DNA from: an uncultured Verrucomicrobiae bacterium
GTDB lineage: Bacteria > Verrucomicrobiota > Verrucomicrobiia > Chthoniobacterales > Terrimicrobiaceae
Direction of reading: 5' to 3'
Length of the DNA stretch: 64,000 bases
Assembly (NCBI GenBank): GCA_963706955.1
Contig: CAVPOC010000008.1
Location: 32,001 to 96,000 of the forward strand
Under the pieces are notes generated by a model. It had not been told where the DNA came from. It saw only the letters and a list, made by a program, of their open reading frames with translations, and did not search any database. Made by a program: the position numbers and the translations under genes. Shown in pieces: positions 11,830 through 22,395 of the stretch. Each line of letters opens with the position of its first letter. The first letter of the stretch is position 1.

Positions 11830-12281
11830 CTGCGCGCCAGGGCAGTTTAGCGTACGATACTCATTGCCTGAATCCCGGGCCACAAATTTGTTTACAGGCT
11901 CGCCGTTCACCGCACGCGACACACGACCGCGGCGACCCGCTTTAAAAGCGAACTGTCACTCGCGGGCGCTCCCCCCTTCTTTTTCGCAACTGCCCTACAC
12001 CGATCGGCTCTTGGGTGTCGCTCTCGTCCGAAGATTCTTCAAGCAGCCTCGGCTCACGCCTTTTGCTCGGCGATGGGGGCGCCAGCGTTCACAGCAAGGC
12101 AGGCGAGCCAGTCTCCGCCTTCAGCGCGGATGTGGACTATGCCGAATTGCTGCCACGCTTGTTCGAGTTGTAGCCTGGGGCTCTTCCGCGCCGGTATCGA
12201 ATAGCCGCCACCAATCTCAACGGTGCTGGAACAACCGGGCAGGATGACCAAGGCAAGGGTGCCCCTCTACTAAAGCGCTGA

Positions 12282-13774
12282 ATGAAGCTGCCACGCTTGA
12301 TGCCTGTGGCGATTGCCGCCAGTCTTGGTTTCGGCCTTCATCCCATCTGCGCGGCTTCCCCGATGGACTCGGTATCGGTGCCCGACTCCAAAGACAAGCA
12401 GACCCCCGTTGCCGCTGCTTCCCGTCTGACCAGCGAAATGGAGAAGATGGCGGAGCTCCATGACTACAATTTCGTTAATCCGGAGAAGCAATACACCCTC
12501 CCGGAGCTCGTTGATCTGGCACAGCGGCACAATTTAACCACACGAACCGCTTGGGGAGAGCCATCCAGGCAGCCGCGTAAACCGGCATGACCAAGGCTGA
12601 GTTCTACCCCTTACTGACGGTGGTGAGCAGTTATGGTGGGGGATACTGGCATCAGGCCGTGACCGGTGCCCTCAAGCAAACTGGATTAGTGGTCCCCATT
12701 GAACTCAATGACAAGGCCGGTGGACCTTACACCGTCTTCAATGCCGGGGTGAGTCTGCGCTACACCCTCTTCGATTTCGGACAGCGGAGCGCCCTCACCA
12801 ACGCCGCCAAACGCAAACAACTCGCCGCCAATCTCACCTTCAACGCCACGCACCAGACAGTCACCTTCCAAGTCACCCAAGCCTATTACACTCTGGAGAC
12901 CACTCGTCGCCTGATCGAGGCCGCCGAGATCTCCGCCGCCTTGGCGTCGGACATCCTTTCCGCCACCCAGGACAAGTTTGAACACGGCTTGGTGACCGAA
13001 CCAACCCTGCTCCAGGCACGGCAGGCCAAGGCGCAGGGCGAATTCGACCTGGTCAACGCCCGTTCCAACTGGGAGGTAGCCCGCGTCAACCTGATCGAGG
13101 TGATCGGAGCCCAACCGCAATGCGCACTCAAGGTGGCCCCGGCGAATTTCGCCTCTCTCGGGAGTCAAATACAAGAGCCGCTTGACCTCTTCGTCCAGTC
13201 GGCTCTGAAGCAGAAGCCCGACTTACTCGCCAAAGTGGCCGAAGCCCAGGCGGCTCAGGCGAGCCTGCGTGCGGCAAGGGCCGCTCCTCTTCCCACGGTC
13301 TCACTCACCGCTATGCAAAACTACAGCCAGTTTGAGACGACAATCCAAGGCAGCGGTAACGTGCTGAGCAATGTTGGTCTTGGATTCCAGAACTACGGCG
13401 GTTTTGTGAAAGTCGAGTGGCCAATTTTTGACGGCGGCCTGGACAGCAACAAGATCAAGGCCGCCGAGTCGTCGTGGAGGGAGGCCAACGAGGCGGTGCT
13501 CCTCGCGTGGGTTAAGAGCATTGCAGATGTCTTGCGAGCCTATACCAACTTAAAAGCGGCCCTCGCCCGCCGGGAGTCGGCCGAGGCGCTCCAGACTGCG
13601 AGCAAGGCCGCTTATGATTCGCTGCGGGCGAGTTTTGATCTCGGCATCACACCGATTCAGGATGTTCTCGCAGCCCGCACCTCTTTGGCACAGGCCATGG
13701 CTCTGAGGGCTACCGCCGACGGGGCCGTTGCAGCGAGCCTCGCGACCCTCGCCTACGTCAGCGGGCGGCTTTGA
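12282..13774 (+). CDS. TolC-family outer membrane protein, frameshifted near 12570
   Basis: Signal peptide and YTLPELVDLAQRHN continue into AEFYP, YTLFDFG, WPIFDGG in the next frame. Confidence 0.85.
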
Positions 13775-14290
13775 TTTTGGAAAAAACGAGCCATTTTATT
13801 GCTGCCGCCAGTATGAAGGATGGCAAAGGGTTTCGTCAGGGCGGGCGCGGCGGAAGGATGGCTGCTTGTGACGAGTTTACCGCAACCGGAGACTATGAAG
13901 TTTGCATGGACGGCTTAGCCACTGAATTGGCCGATTGGGCTGAGGAGCCGTCAAGCGGCCCCGGTCCGGCTCGCTGCCGTCGGGTAAAAGTGCATTTCAA
14001 ATACCCATGAGGCGTCTTTGGGGTAGTAGCCGGCGCCGGGTAATGCTCATACAGCCAGCGCGCGAATTCCTCTTTTCCCCAACCGGAAAAAATGTGATCC
14101 ACGCCCGATGTTTGCTGGTAACTCCGCGCCTGTCCCCCCTCAAACTGCCGTGTGCTACATTTTGTACTACACGCCGGGGAGCCTACGCCGGGCCGCGCCG
14201 ATGCTAGCGGTGCGCCCGCCCCGCTTGTGTTTATGCGGTTCGGAGGCCGTTTTGCGTTACGCGCCGTTACGCCGCGGGCCGGCAAAAAAC

Positions 14291-14518
14291 TTATTTTCCG
14301 TAGTGGGGAGAAAAAGTCTGCTCGGTGGTCCTGGTCGCCGTTGTTTGAACGAAGACCGTCGTCACCTTGGGAATTCCGGTCCGCAGCATCCGGGTGTAGG
14401 GTCCGTTGGCGAAATAGTTCCGCGGGGAATAAAGGTCTGCCCGGTTCTCAAGCGTCGTGCATGACGTTCCCAGGGCCATGGCGGCGGCGCAAACCATAAC
14501 AAGGAAGGCACGCTTCAC
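14291..14518 (-). CDS. small lipoprotein
   Basis: GTG start, KRAFLVMVCAAAMALGTS-C lipobox-like, CTTLENRADLY. Confidence 0.7.
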   Translation of the reverse strand: MKRAFLVMVCAAAMALGTSCTTLENRADLYSPRNYFANGPYTRMLRTGIPKVTTVFVQTTATRTTEQTFSPHYGK

Positions 14519-14578
14519 GCACAAGAGGTAAACCTCTTCCCTGGTCAACTGTCAATGCGCTAAGACTTGCCAGCACTG

Positions 14579-15523
14579 ATGCTCGCCTATTACGTCCACG
14601 ATCTAAGCCCTTTTCTGGTCCGCTTCGGAGGCAACTTCGGTTTGCGCTGGTACGGATTGGCCTATGTCGCGGCATTCATCATCGGAATTCTCATTGTCCG
14701 CCGGCTCTCGCGCCTGGGATACTGCGACATCCCCGTAGAAAGGGTTTCCGACTTCATCATTGGGTGCGCCCTCTTCGGGGTGCTTCTGGGTGGTCGGCTT
14801 GGTTACATGCTCTTCTACGACCTAGGAAACTTTCTTCAGAATCCCTTGATCTTTTTCCGCATCATGGACGGCGGCATGTCCGCCCACGGAGGAATGTTGG
14901 GGGTCACTCTCTACGCTCTTTGGTATTCATACAAGCATCAGGTCTCCTGGCGAAACTTAGGCGACAACCTTGTCGTGGCCGTGCCGATCGGGCTTTTCCT
15001 GGGCAGGTTGGCGAACTTCATCAACGGGGAGCTCTATGGACGGGTTTCCACTGTGCCTTGGGCAGTGCAATTTCCCAAGGAATTGTATGAGGCGCCCGAG
15101 GAGAGTGTGCGTCAGGTCCTCATGCAAGCCGTCGCGGTTAACCCCAACTGGACTACCGTCGAGCATGTCGTCGAGAACGTGCGCCATTCTCCGGCCTTGC
15201 GGGAGATCCTCGCGGGCGCGCTATCGCCGCGCCATCCTTCACAGTTGTATGAGGCTGCTCTCGAAGGGGTCCTCCTCTTTGCCATTCTTTGGATCCTGCG
15301 GACCCACTTTCGACTTCCGAATGGAATCCTTACCGGCGCCTACTTTGTCGGCTACGCAATTCTTCGGATGATCGCTGAGCTCTTCCGTGAACCAGATGCC
15401 CCTCTGACCGGCCCGCTTACTCGGGGCCAGTTTCTCTCCGTATTCCTGCTCGCGATCGGGGTAGGATTTTTTATTTCTGCCTGGCTCCGGCCTGAATTTC
15501 CAGTCCGCCGCGGGAGGGGCTAA
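14579..15523 (+). CDS. lgt: prolipoprotein diacylglyceryl transferase
   Basis: RWYGLAY, GGRLGY, GGMSAHGG, GRLANFINGELYGR, RHPSQLYEA. Confidence 0.97.
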   Translation: MLAYYVHDLSPFLVRFGGNFGLRWYGLAYVAAFIIGILIVRRLSRLGYCDIPVERVSDFIIGCALFGVLLGGRLGYMLFYDLGNFLQNPLIFFRIMDGGMSAHGGMLGVTLYALWYSYKHQVSWRNLGDNLVVAVPIGLFLGRLANFINGELYGRVSTVPWAVQFPKELYEAPEESVRQVLMQAVAVNPNWTTVEHVVENVRHSPALREILAGALSPRHPSQLYEAALEGVLLFAILWILRTHFRLPNGILTGAYFVGYAILRMIAELFREPDAPLTGPLTRGQFLSVFLLAIGVGFFISAWLRPEFPVRRGRG

Positions 15524-15532
15524 GATTCTGCC

Positions 15533-18193
15533 ATGGTTGTTGTCGATTATCAGCGTGGGGTTCGCTTGCCTTCGGCCGAACTCTGGCTGGACCCGCGCGA
15601 CGTGCGCGAGTTTGCCTTCGTCTCCCATGCCCACAGCGACCATACGGGCTTTCACCGGCGGATCCTCTGCACGCCGGCAACCGCTCGCCTTATTCAGGTG
15701 CGGCTTGGCGACGATATCGCCGCCTTTGAAAGCCTCGCCTTCGGCGAGCTCAGAAGATTTGAGGACTGGTCCGCGACCTTGCTTCCGGCCGGGCACGTGC
15801 TCGGCTCGGCGCAATTGCTTTACCAGGATCGACAGGGCACGCTGCTCTACACCGGCGATTTCAAGCTGCGAAACGGACTTTCCTCCGAGCCGGCCGCGAT
15901 TCCGCAGGCGGAAACGCTCGTCATGGAGACCACCTACGGGTTGCCTCGCTATCAGTTTCCACCTACCGAGGAGACGCTTGGCGCGGTCATAAAGTTTTGC
16001 CACGAAGCTCTCGAAGAAGGCGAAACTCCGGTGCTTTTTGGCTATGCCCTGGGCAAAGCACAGGAAATTCTTGCCGCGCTCAAGACCGCCAATCTCCCCG
16101 TGATGCTGCATGGAGCGATCGCCAGAATCGCGAGGGTTTACGAGGAGTTTGGAATGATTTTCCCGCCTTACGCCCACTTCGAGGCGAAGGCCTCGCGTGG
16201 GCACGTCATCATCTGTCCCCCGGCAATCAATGGCTCCAGGACTCTGCGATTGGTTCACCGTCCGCGAACAGCCGCCCTCACTGGCTGGGCGATGGACGCC
16301 GGCGCAGTTCACCGTCTTCAGGTTGACGCGGCCTTTCCGCTCTCTGACCATGCAGATTATTGTGATTTGCTACGCTATGTTGAAGCGGTGCGCCCTCGTC
16401 GCGTGCTTACCCTGCATGGATTCGCGCAGGAATTTGCCCGCGATCTCCGCAGCCGCGGGATCGAGGCTTGGGCATTGACCGGACCAAACCAACTGGAGCT
16501 CCCCATCTCGATGTCGATCCCACCCGAAACGAACTCTGTCCGCAACGGGGACCCGGCAATGGAAGAGAGCGGCTTCAATCGCTTTTGCCTTGCTTGTGAG
16601 GCGGTGCGCACCTCAACGGGCAAGCTCGAGAAAACTCGCCGCCTTTCGGAATATCTTCGTTCCCTAGACGATCGCGAGCTTCCCTTGGCAGTGGTCTGGT
16701 TGACTGGACGACCATTTGCGCAATCCGATAGCCGCCCTGTGAACGTCGGCTGGGCCGTAATCTATCGAGCCCTTCTCATGGCGAGCGGGATTTCAGAGCC
16801 CGACCTGCGCGCGATCGGCCGCAAGCATAACGATGCTGGGCTGACCGCGGCAGAAGTCATGCGCGCAAAGCCGGGCTCCCGCTCGCTCCCCTTACTCGAC
16901 GTCGGAGATATTTTCGCGCGCCTGCGGGATGCGCGCGGCCCGGTCCTCAAGACGGAGATCTTGACCGGGATCCTCAAGGAGATGCCTGCCCCCGCCGCAG
17001 GTTACCTGGTTCGGATTCTCACCGGTGATCTCCGCATCGGCCTCAAAGAGGGCCTGCTTGAAGATGCCATCAATACCGCGTTCGACCGCGAGATCGCGGC
17101 CGTTCGAGAAGCCCATATGCTACTTGGGAACATCGGCCAGGTGGCCCTTCTCGCGCGGCAAGACCGCCTCCAAGATGCCGAATTGACGCTCTTTCAGCCG
17201 GTCCGATGCATGCTGGCGAGCCCTGAACCCGACAGCGCTGCCGTCTGGCAGCGGCAAGGCGCCGCGGGAACGGTTTGGCTCGAAGACAAATTAGATGGGA
17301 TTCGCGCGCAGGTTCATTGCGACTTGGCGCGCGTTGAGATCTTCTCGCGCGACCTTCGCCAAATCACCGAGTCTTTCCCGGAGATAGCGCTGGCTGCTCG
17401 CAATCTCGGTTGCAGCGCGGTGTTTGATGGCGAGATCCTTGCCTGGGAGGCTGGGAGGGCTCTTCCGTTCCTGGAGTTGCAAAAAAGACTCGGACGGCGC
17501 GAACCGGACCTTTTCCTCGGAGGAGAAATTCCGGTGGCGTACGTAATCTTCGACATCCTTCTGCTCGACCAAGCTTCGTTGCTGAACCAGCCTCTTGCCG
17601 AACGCCGCCGACTCCTTGAGACTCTGACGTTGCAGGAACCATTGCTGAGGTCCAGAGTCGAACCTGCCAGCGACCCTGCGGCCATCGAGATGGCGTTCGC
17701 CGCAGCCCGCGAGCGAGGCAATGAAGGCCTGCTTGCCAAAGATCCCACGAGCTCTTACACCCCAGGCCGCCGCGGCCTCGCTTGGATCAAGCTCAAAAAG
17801 GAGTTTGCGACCCTTGATGTGGCTGTCGTTGCCGTCGAATATGGAAACGGCCGGCGAAGCAAGGTGCTTAGCGACTATACATTCGCGGTCCGTGACGACT
17901 CCGGCGACCAACTGCTAACTATTGGCAAGGCCTACTCGGGCCTTACGGATGCTGAGATTCAGGAACTCACGGATATTTTTCTAAATATCGCGACCTCACG
18001 GCAGGGAAACCGAATTGAAGTCGAGCCCAAAATAATAATCGAAGTTGCCTTCGATTCGATCCAGAAAAGCAATCGCCACGCGAGCGGCCTTGCACTTAGG
18101 TTTCCCCGTATTAAACGAATTCGGGAAGACAAGACTGTCCGCGATATAGATACCCTCGCCACCGCTCGCCGGCTCGCTGGGATCGCGGAATAG
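15533..18193 (+). CDS. MBL/beta-CASP exonuclease fused to ATP-dependent DNA ligase
   Basis: SHAHSDH, AGHVLGS, LSDHAD (MBL); EDKLDGIRAQ, EGLLAK, WIKLK, LRFPR (ligase). Confidence 0.93.
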   Translation: MVVVDYQRGVRLPSAELWLDPRDVREFAFVSHAHSDHTGFHRRILCTPATARLIQVRLGDDIAAFESLAFGELRRFEDWSATLLPAGHVLGSAQLLYQDRQGTLLYTGDFKLRNGLSSEPAAIPQAETLVMETTYGLPRYQFPPTEETLGAVIKFCHEALEEGETPVLFGYALGKAQEILAALKTANLPVMLHGAIARIARVYEEFGMIFPPYAHFEAKASRGHVIICPPAINGSRTLRLVHRPRTAALTGWAMDAGAVHRLQVDAAFPLSDHADYCDLLRYVEAVRPRRVLTLHGFAQEFARDLRSRGIEAWALTGPNQLELPISMSIPPETNSVRNGDPAMEESGFNRFCLACEAVRTSTGKLEKTRRLSEYLRSLDDRELPLAVVWLTGRPFAQSDSRPVNVGWAVIYRALLMASGISEPDLRAIGRKHNDAGLTAAEVMRAKPGSRSLPLLDVGDIFARLRDARGPVLKTEILTGILKEMPAPAAGYLVRILTGDLRIGLKEGLLEDAINTAFDREIAAVREAHMLLGNIGQVALLARQDRLQDAELTLFQPVRCMLASPEPDSAAVWQRQGAAGTVWLEDKLDGIRAQVHCDLARVEIFSRDLRQITESFPEIALAARNLGCSAVFDGEILAWEAGRALPFLELQKRLGRREPDLFLGGEIPVAYVIFDILLLDQASLLNQPLAERRRLLETLTLQEPLLRSRVEPASDPAAIEMAFAAARERGNEGLLAKDPTSSYTPGRRGLAWIKLKKEFATLDVAVVAVEYGNGRRSKVLSDYTFAVRDDSGDQLLTIGKAYSGLTDAEIQELTDIFLNIATSRQGNRIEVEPKIIIEVAFDSIQKSNRHASGLALRFPRIKRIREDKTVRDIDTLATARRLAGIAE

Positions 18194-18203
18194 ACGCCAG
18201 CGT

Positions 18204-18734
18204 CTAGAGATAGTCCTTCATCTCGTAAAGAGCGGGATCGCGCTGGGGACGGCCGCGCCGCAACTTTAGAGACCCTGTCTTATCTTCGGCGGCTGCACCC
18301 TCGCCAAATTCCTCGCCGAGATTTTCCAGAGAGTCGCCGAATTCCTCTTCGAGTTTCTCCGGATCCTCACCGCGTTCCAAGCGCTGGATCATTTGCTCCA
18401 TCGCATCCGGCATTTTTTGTCCGGTCGCCTCGGTCATCTTGCGCATGAGCCGCCCAAGTTGTCGGGGATCCGGGTTATCCTCGTTCATTGAAGACATCTC
18501 GCTTTCCATCTCCGCCATTACTCGCTCCATCCGCGGATCAAGACTATCGGAACCCTCGGGTGCATCCGATTGCTCCTTGGCACGACCGGTAACGGCGAAT
18601 TGCGAGATCATCCGCTCCATTCGCGCGGTGGGATCATCCGGACAGCGCGGCGTCAGCTGACCCTGGGCAACGCTCCGGGCAAGAAAACTGTAAATCCGAT
18701 TCGTGTCCGGAGAGTAGAATTCGTAAATTGGCAT
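18204..18734 (-). CDS. FmdB-family regulator-like protein
   Basis: MPIYEFY N-terminus and DEDNPDPRQLGRLMRKM-type C-terminus. Confidence 0.75.
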   Translation of the reverse strand: MPIYEFYSPDTNRIYSFLARSVAQGQLTPRCPDDPTARMERMISQFAVTGRAKEQSDAPEGSDSLDPRMERVMAEMESEMSSMNEDNPDPRQLGRLMRKMTEATGQKMPDAMEQMIQRLERGEDPEKLEEEFGDSLENLGEEFGEGAAAEDKTGSLKLRRGRPQRDPALYEMKDYL

Positions 18735-18799
18735 CGCATCGGAAATATACCTTCCAGGGGCTTCGGCGCACGCGGGAAAGTGGCTCCACGGTCAGACCC

Positions 18800-20281
18800 T
18801 TAGCGCATGGCGTCGATCAATTCTTCTAGAGTGACCACCGCAAAGCAAGTTGCGGAATCGGACACCGCGTACGGCAAGATCAGCTTTCCCCGGTGAATCA
18901 TGCCGCCACACGTGTAGACGACGTTGGGAACGTAACCCTCGCGCTCGTCGGCTTCCGGTTTGATCAGCGGCTCGCGCAGGCGCCCGATGACACGGCTCGG
19001 ATCGGTGTGATCCAGCAGAATCGCACCGATGCAGTATTTGCGCATCGGTCCGACGCCGTGAGTCAAGACCAGCCAGCCGGCATCTGTCTCGATCGGCGAG
19101 CCGCAATTGCCCAATTGCACAAATTCCCACGGCTCCGCGGGCCGCAGGATAACGTGCGAATCGTACCAAAAGTGCGGATGCTCGGAAAACATCAGGTGGA
19201 TGTTCTCGTTGTCTTGCCGCGAGAGCATGCAGTAATACCCATTGATCTTCCTGGGAAACATCGCCATGCCCTTGTTTCTTACTGCCGGTCCATTGAGCGT
19301 GCAGACCCTGAAGTGAAGAAAGTCTTGCGTCTCGAGCAACTGCGGGAGAATTGTCCGGCCATCATACGCGGTGTATGTCGCGTAGTAAATGGGAGGAGTG
19401 TCTGCGTCGCGAAAGTAAACGAAGCGCGCGTCCTCAATTCCATTGCTCTGGCTTGGGGAAAATGGAAAGATGATGCGTTCGGAGATCGATTCCTCCGGCG
19501 CAAAGGCAATCTCGTAATTCGAGCGGGCCAACAATACCATCTTCTCGCCGATCACCGGCGCTTCTGGATCGGAATGGCCAATTTTGAGGATATCGACAGC
19601 CGTCCGGAGATGATCGAAGGTGAACTTCTCACCGAGGGCGTCGAGAACTTGCCGGGCAAAGTCGGTGTCCAGGCCAAGTTCTCCAAGTTTTCGCAGAAAC
19701 AAATCCCGTTCATACACTGCAGAAGGTATCGGACGCGGTTCGGTGACAAAACGTGAGCCACTCGCGAGCTGTATTTCGCCGTGCTCATCCACGACACCGG
19801 AGCGGAAAGTGATGCAGGAGATATGCCCTTCGCCGGTGGCCCGAAGGCTGAGAATGACCCGCACGCACCCCGGAGCGACGTTGGTCTGATCAGGATGAGG
19901 AATGATGCTCGGATTGAAAAGTGCCGCACTCTCCAGCGAATACTCGCTGGTAAAATACGAGCCGATCAGCAATTGCCGGCTTTCGGAAACGGTCACATCG
20001 CCAGGTAAATATTCCCGCACCTGCGAGAACCGCAGGGCCAAGATGTCTGTGACCCTTTGATGGCGATCTCCGAAGTCATTCAGAATCTCATCGATCAACG
20101 CGCTGACGTGTTCTTCCGATAAGGCGAGAACCCGCGCAAGAATCAAGCGCGCGCGTGGCGAGTCGATCGACTTCATTTCCGTTCCACCGACTGCGGCCGG
20201 AAAGAAAGGGCGCATGAGCACACGGGCGGAATTCGGCCGCAACGTCAGCGGCAAACGGCGCACCGTGATAGACTCACTCAC
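18800..20281 (-). CDS. glycoside hydrolase family 130 (phosphorylase/glycosidase)
   Basis: ESAALFNPS, GIEDARFV, YYATYTAYDG, GNCGSP, EGYVPNVVYTCG. Confidence 0.92.
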   Translation of the reverse strand: MSESITVRRLPLTLRPNSARVLMRPFFPAAVGGTEMKSIDSPRARLILARVLALSEEHVSALIDEILNDFGDRHQRVTDILALRFSQVREYLPGDVTVSESRQLLIGSYFTSEYSLESAALFNPSIIPHPDQTNVAPGCVRVILSLRATGEGHISCITFRSGVVDEHGEIQLASGSRFVTEPRPIPSAVYERDLFLRKLGELGLDTDFARQVLDALGEKFTFDHLRTAVDILKIGHSDPEAPVIGEKMVLLARSNYEIAFAPEESISERIIFPFSPSQSNGIEDARFVYFRDADTPPIYYATYTAYDGRTILPQLLETQDFLHFRVCTLNGPAVRNKGMAMFPRKINGYYCMLSRQDNENIHLMFSEHPHFWYDSHVILRPAEPWEFVQLGNCGSPIETDAGWLVLTHGVGPMRKYCIGAILLDHTDPSRVIGRLREPLIKPEADEREGYVPNVVYTCGGMIHRGKLILPYAVSDSATCFAVVTLEELIDAMR

Positions 20282-20462
20282 GCAACTTGCCCCCCATAGA
20301 AGAAAAGCGGACCAGCCCCTTTAGCAAATCGAGGACAGCCACGAGAATAGGCCGTTTCAGTTGACCGTCGTCGATCAAGCAATTCACGTTGCGTCCCATC
20401 CTGGCGACGCCCATCTGCCGCGGAGCGAAACGAATGTCAAGCGTGTTGCTAAAATTTGCCTC

Positions 20463-20490
20463 TTGCCCTCGTCGGATCCGGTGCTAGCAT
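20463..20490 (+). promoter_or_regulatory. putative sigma70 promoter of the leuA leader
   Basis: TTGCCC-N16-TAGCAT with extended -10 TG. Confidence 0.5.
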
Positions 20491-20496
20491 GCCCAC

Positions 20497-20577
20497 GTGT
20501 CGGCGATTGCGAGCACCTATCTAAATCTTGCTCCTCGACTCGGGTTGCTCCCGAGACGACTTACCTTCCTTTCATAA
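20497..20577 (+). CDS. putative Leu-rich leader peptide of leuA (26 aa)
   Basis: GTG..TAA encodes MSAIASTYLNLAPRLGLLPRRLTFLS with 7 Leu codons, ending about 80 nt before leuA. Confidence 0.55.
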   Translation: MSAIASTYLNLAPRLGLLPRRLTFLS

Positions 20578-20656
20578 CCGGCATAGGCTGCGTTCCCGGC
20601 GGGCGTGCTAGTGCCGCGCTCCTTTTCTCCTCTCCGCCGGCCAACCAATCCACCTT

Positions 20657-22207
20657 ATGTCTTCGAAAATAATCATTTTTGATACGACGCTGCGCGACGG
20701 GGAACAATGCCCGGGCGCCAGCATGAACCTGCGCGAGAAAATGGAAATCGCCCGCCAACTGGGACGCCTCAACGTTGATGTGATCGAGGCCGGCTTTCCC
20801 GTCATTAGCGATGGCGACTTTGAAGCGGTGCGGACCATCGCTTCGGAAATCAGGGGGCCAATTATTTGTGGGCTCGCCCGGTGCGTTCCCAAGGATATCG
20901 ACGCCGCCGGCGCCGCCGTCCGACCCGCCGGCGAGTTGGCGCGCATTCATGTCTTTCTGGCGACGTCCGCAATCCATCGGGAGTTCAAACTGAAGAAGGC
21001 TGAGGAGGAGATCGTCCGGCTGGCCATCGAGGGCGTAAGGCGCGCCAAAGCTTTGACGAAAGATGTCGAGTTTTCCCCGGAAGATGCTTCTCGCACTGAG
21101 CCGGAATTTCTCGCGCGGGTCGTCCAAGCGGCCATCGAAGCGGGCGCCACCACGGTGAATATCCCTGATACCGTGGGCTTCGCCGTCCCAGAGCAATACG
21201 CCTCCCTGATTTCCTACTTGCGTGACAACGTGAGGAACATTGACGATGCGGTGATCAGCGTGCATTGCCACGATGATCTCGGGCTGGCGGTTGCCAACTC
21301 GTTGGCGGCCATCAAGGCAGGGGCTCGGCAGGTGGAGGGAACATTCAATGGCATCGGGGAACGCGCCGGCAATTGCGCATTGGAGGAAGTCGTCATGGCG
21401 ATGAAGACTCGTAGCGAATACTTCAGCGGGGTGCACACCGGCATCGTCACGCGCGAAATCTTGAAGACCTCACGCATCATCAGCCGAATGAGCGGCCTGC
21501 ATGTCGCCCGAAGCAAAGCGATTGTCGGAGAAAATGCCTTCGCACATAGCGCAGGTATTCACCAGGACGGCATCCTGAAAAAACGCGAAACCTATGAGAT
21601 CATGGACCCGGAGGATGTCGGTTGGGGCGGCACGGAACTGCCCCTCACCAAACATAGCGGTCGCCATGCCATGGTCGCCCGACTCGAGCACCTCGGCTAC
21701 AAACTGACCGCCCATGAGATCGCCAGCGTCTTCGAGCGTTTCAAGGATGTCGGCGACAAGAAAAAGTTCGTTTACGACGATGACCTCGCCGCTCTGGTTG
21801 AGGATTCCATGTCGGTCGGAACGGAAACATACATTCTCGAATACATCCACGTCACCAGCGGCTCGACGACGGTCCCGACCGCAACCGTCAAGCTGAAAAA
21901 AGGCGCCGAGACGCTCCAGGATTCCAGTCCGGGCAATGGCGCGGTGGACGCGGCTATGCAAGCAATCGACCGGATCGTAAAACGTCGCGGCCACTTGGCG
22001 CAATACACCGTCGAAGCGGTCACTCAGGGACGCGACTCCTTGGGTGAAGTGACTTTGAAGGTCGACTTTGGCAACGGCGAGTTGATCACTGGAAAAGGCG
22101 CCAGCACCGACGTCATCGAAGCCAGCGCGCGCGCCTATCTCAACGCCGTCAACCGGGCCGAATTGCTCCACGACCGCAAACACGCGTCAGTCCTCGCCCC
22201 GATTTGA
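20657..22207 (+). CDS. leuA: 2-isopropylmalate synthase
   Basis: [27 protein letters not shown]-terminal regulatory domain. Confidence 0.97.
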   Translation: MSSKIIIFDTTLRDGEQCPGASMNLREKMEIARQLGRLNVDVIEAGFPVISDGDFEAVRTIASEIRGPIICGLARCVPKDIDAAGAAVRPAGELARIHVFLATSAIHREFKLKKAEEEIVRLAIEGVRRAKALTKDVEFSPEDASRTEPEFLARVVQAAIEAGATTVNIPDTVGFAVPEQYASLISYLRDNVRNIDDAVISVHCHDDLGLAVANSLAAIKAGARQVEGTFNGIGERAGNCALEEVVMAMKTRSEYFSGVHTGIVTREILKTSRIISRMSGLHVARSKAIVGENAFAHSAGIHQDGILKKRETYEIMDPEDVGWGGTELPLTKHSGRHAMVARLEHLGYKLTAHEIASVFERFKDVGDKKKFVYDDDLAALVEDSMSVGTETYILEYIHVTSGSTTVPTATVKLKKGAETLQDSSPGNGAVDAAMQAIDRIVKRRGHLAQYTVEAVTQGRDSLGEVTLKVDFGNGELITGKGASTDVIEASARAYLNAVNRAELLHDRKHASVLAPI

Positions 22208-22210
22208 GTT

Positions 22211-22268
22211 ATAGCCGCGATATCGCCATCGCCGCGGGCTTTTTGTAGCGGCGATGTCCTCATCGCCG
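22211..22268. repeat. REP-like palindromes (one degenerate, one GTAG-type)
   Basis: TGTAG-CGGCGATG-TCCT-CATCGCCG preceded by a similar degenerate copy; may also act as the leuA terminator. Confidence 0.55.
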
Positions 22269-22331
22269 ATTGGCCTTTGTCGCGGCGTACTACGGCCGGT
22301 ATAGTAAATTATATCGTCGAGGTGAACCAGG

Positions 22332-22395
22332 TGTAGGGGCGCTTGTGTCAAGCGCCCAGCGATATCCACAGGCGCTTGGCACAAGCGCCTCTACA
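22332..22395. repeat. REPIN: inverted pair of GTAG-type REPs
   Basis: TGTAGGGGCGCTTGTGTCAAGCGCCC ... GGCGCTTGGCACAAGCGCCTCTACA. Confidence 0.8.

Noticed and set aside
8435..13774. Programmed frameshifting in the FAD oxidase or TolC genes
   Set aside because: No convincing slippery-site-plus-structure signal; simple indels are more likely
15239..22183. Long antisense ORFs (15239-16351, 18893-19756, 20561-21436, 21470-22183)
   Set aside because: Shadows of well-supported genes on the opposite strand, with no motifs
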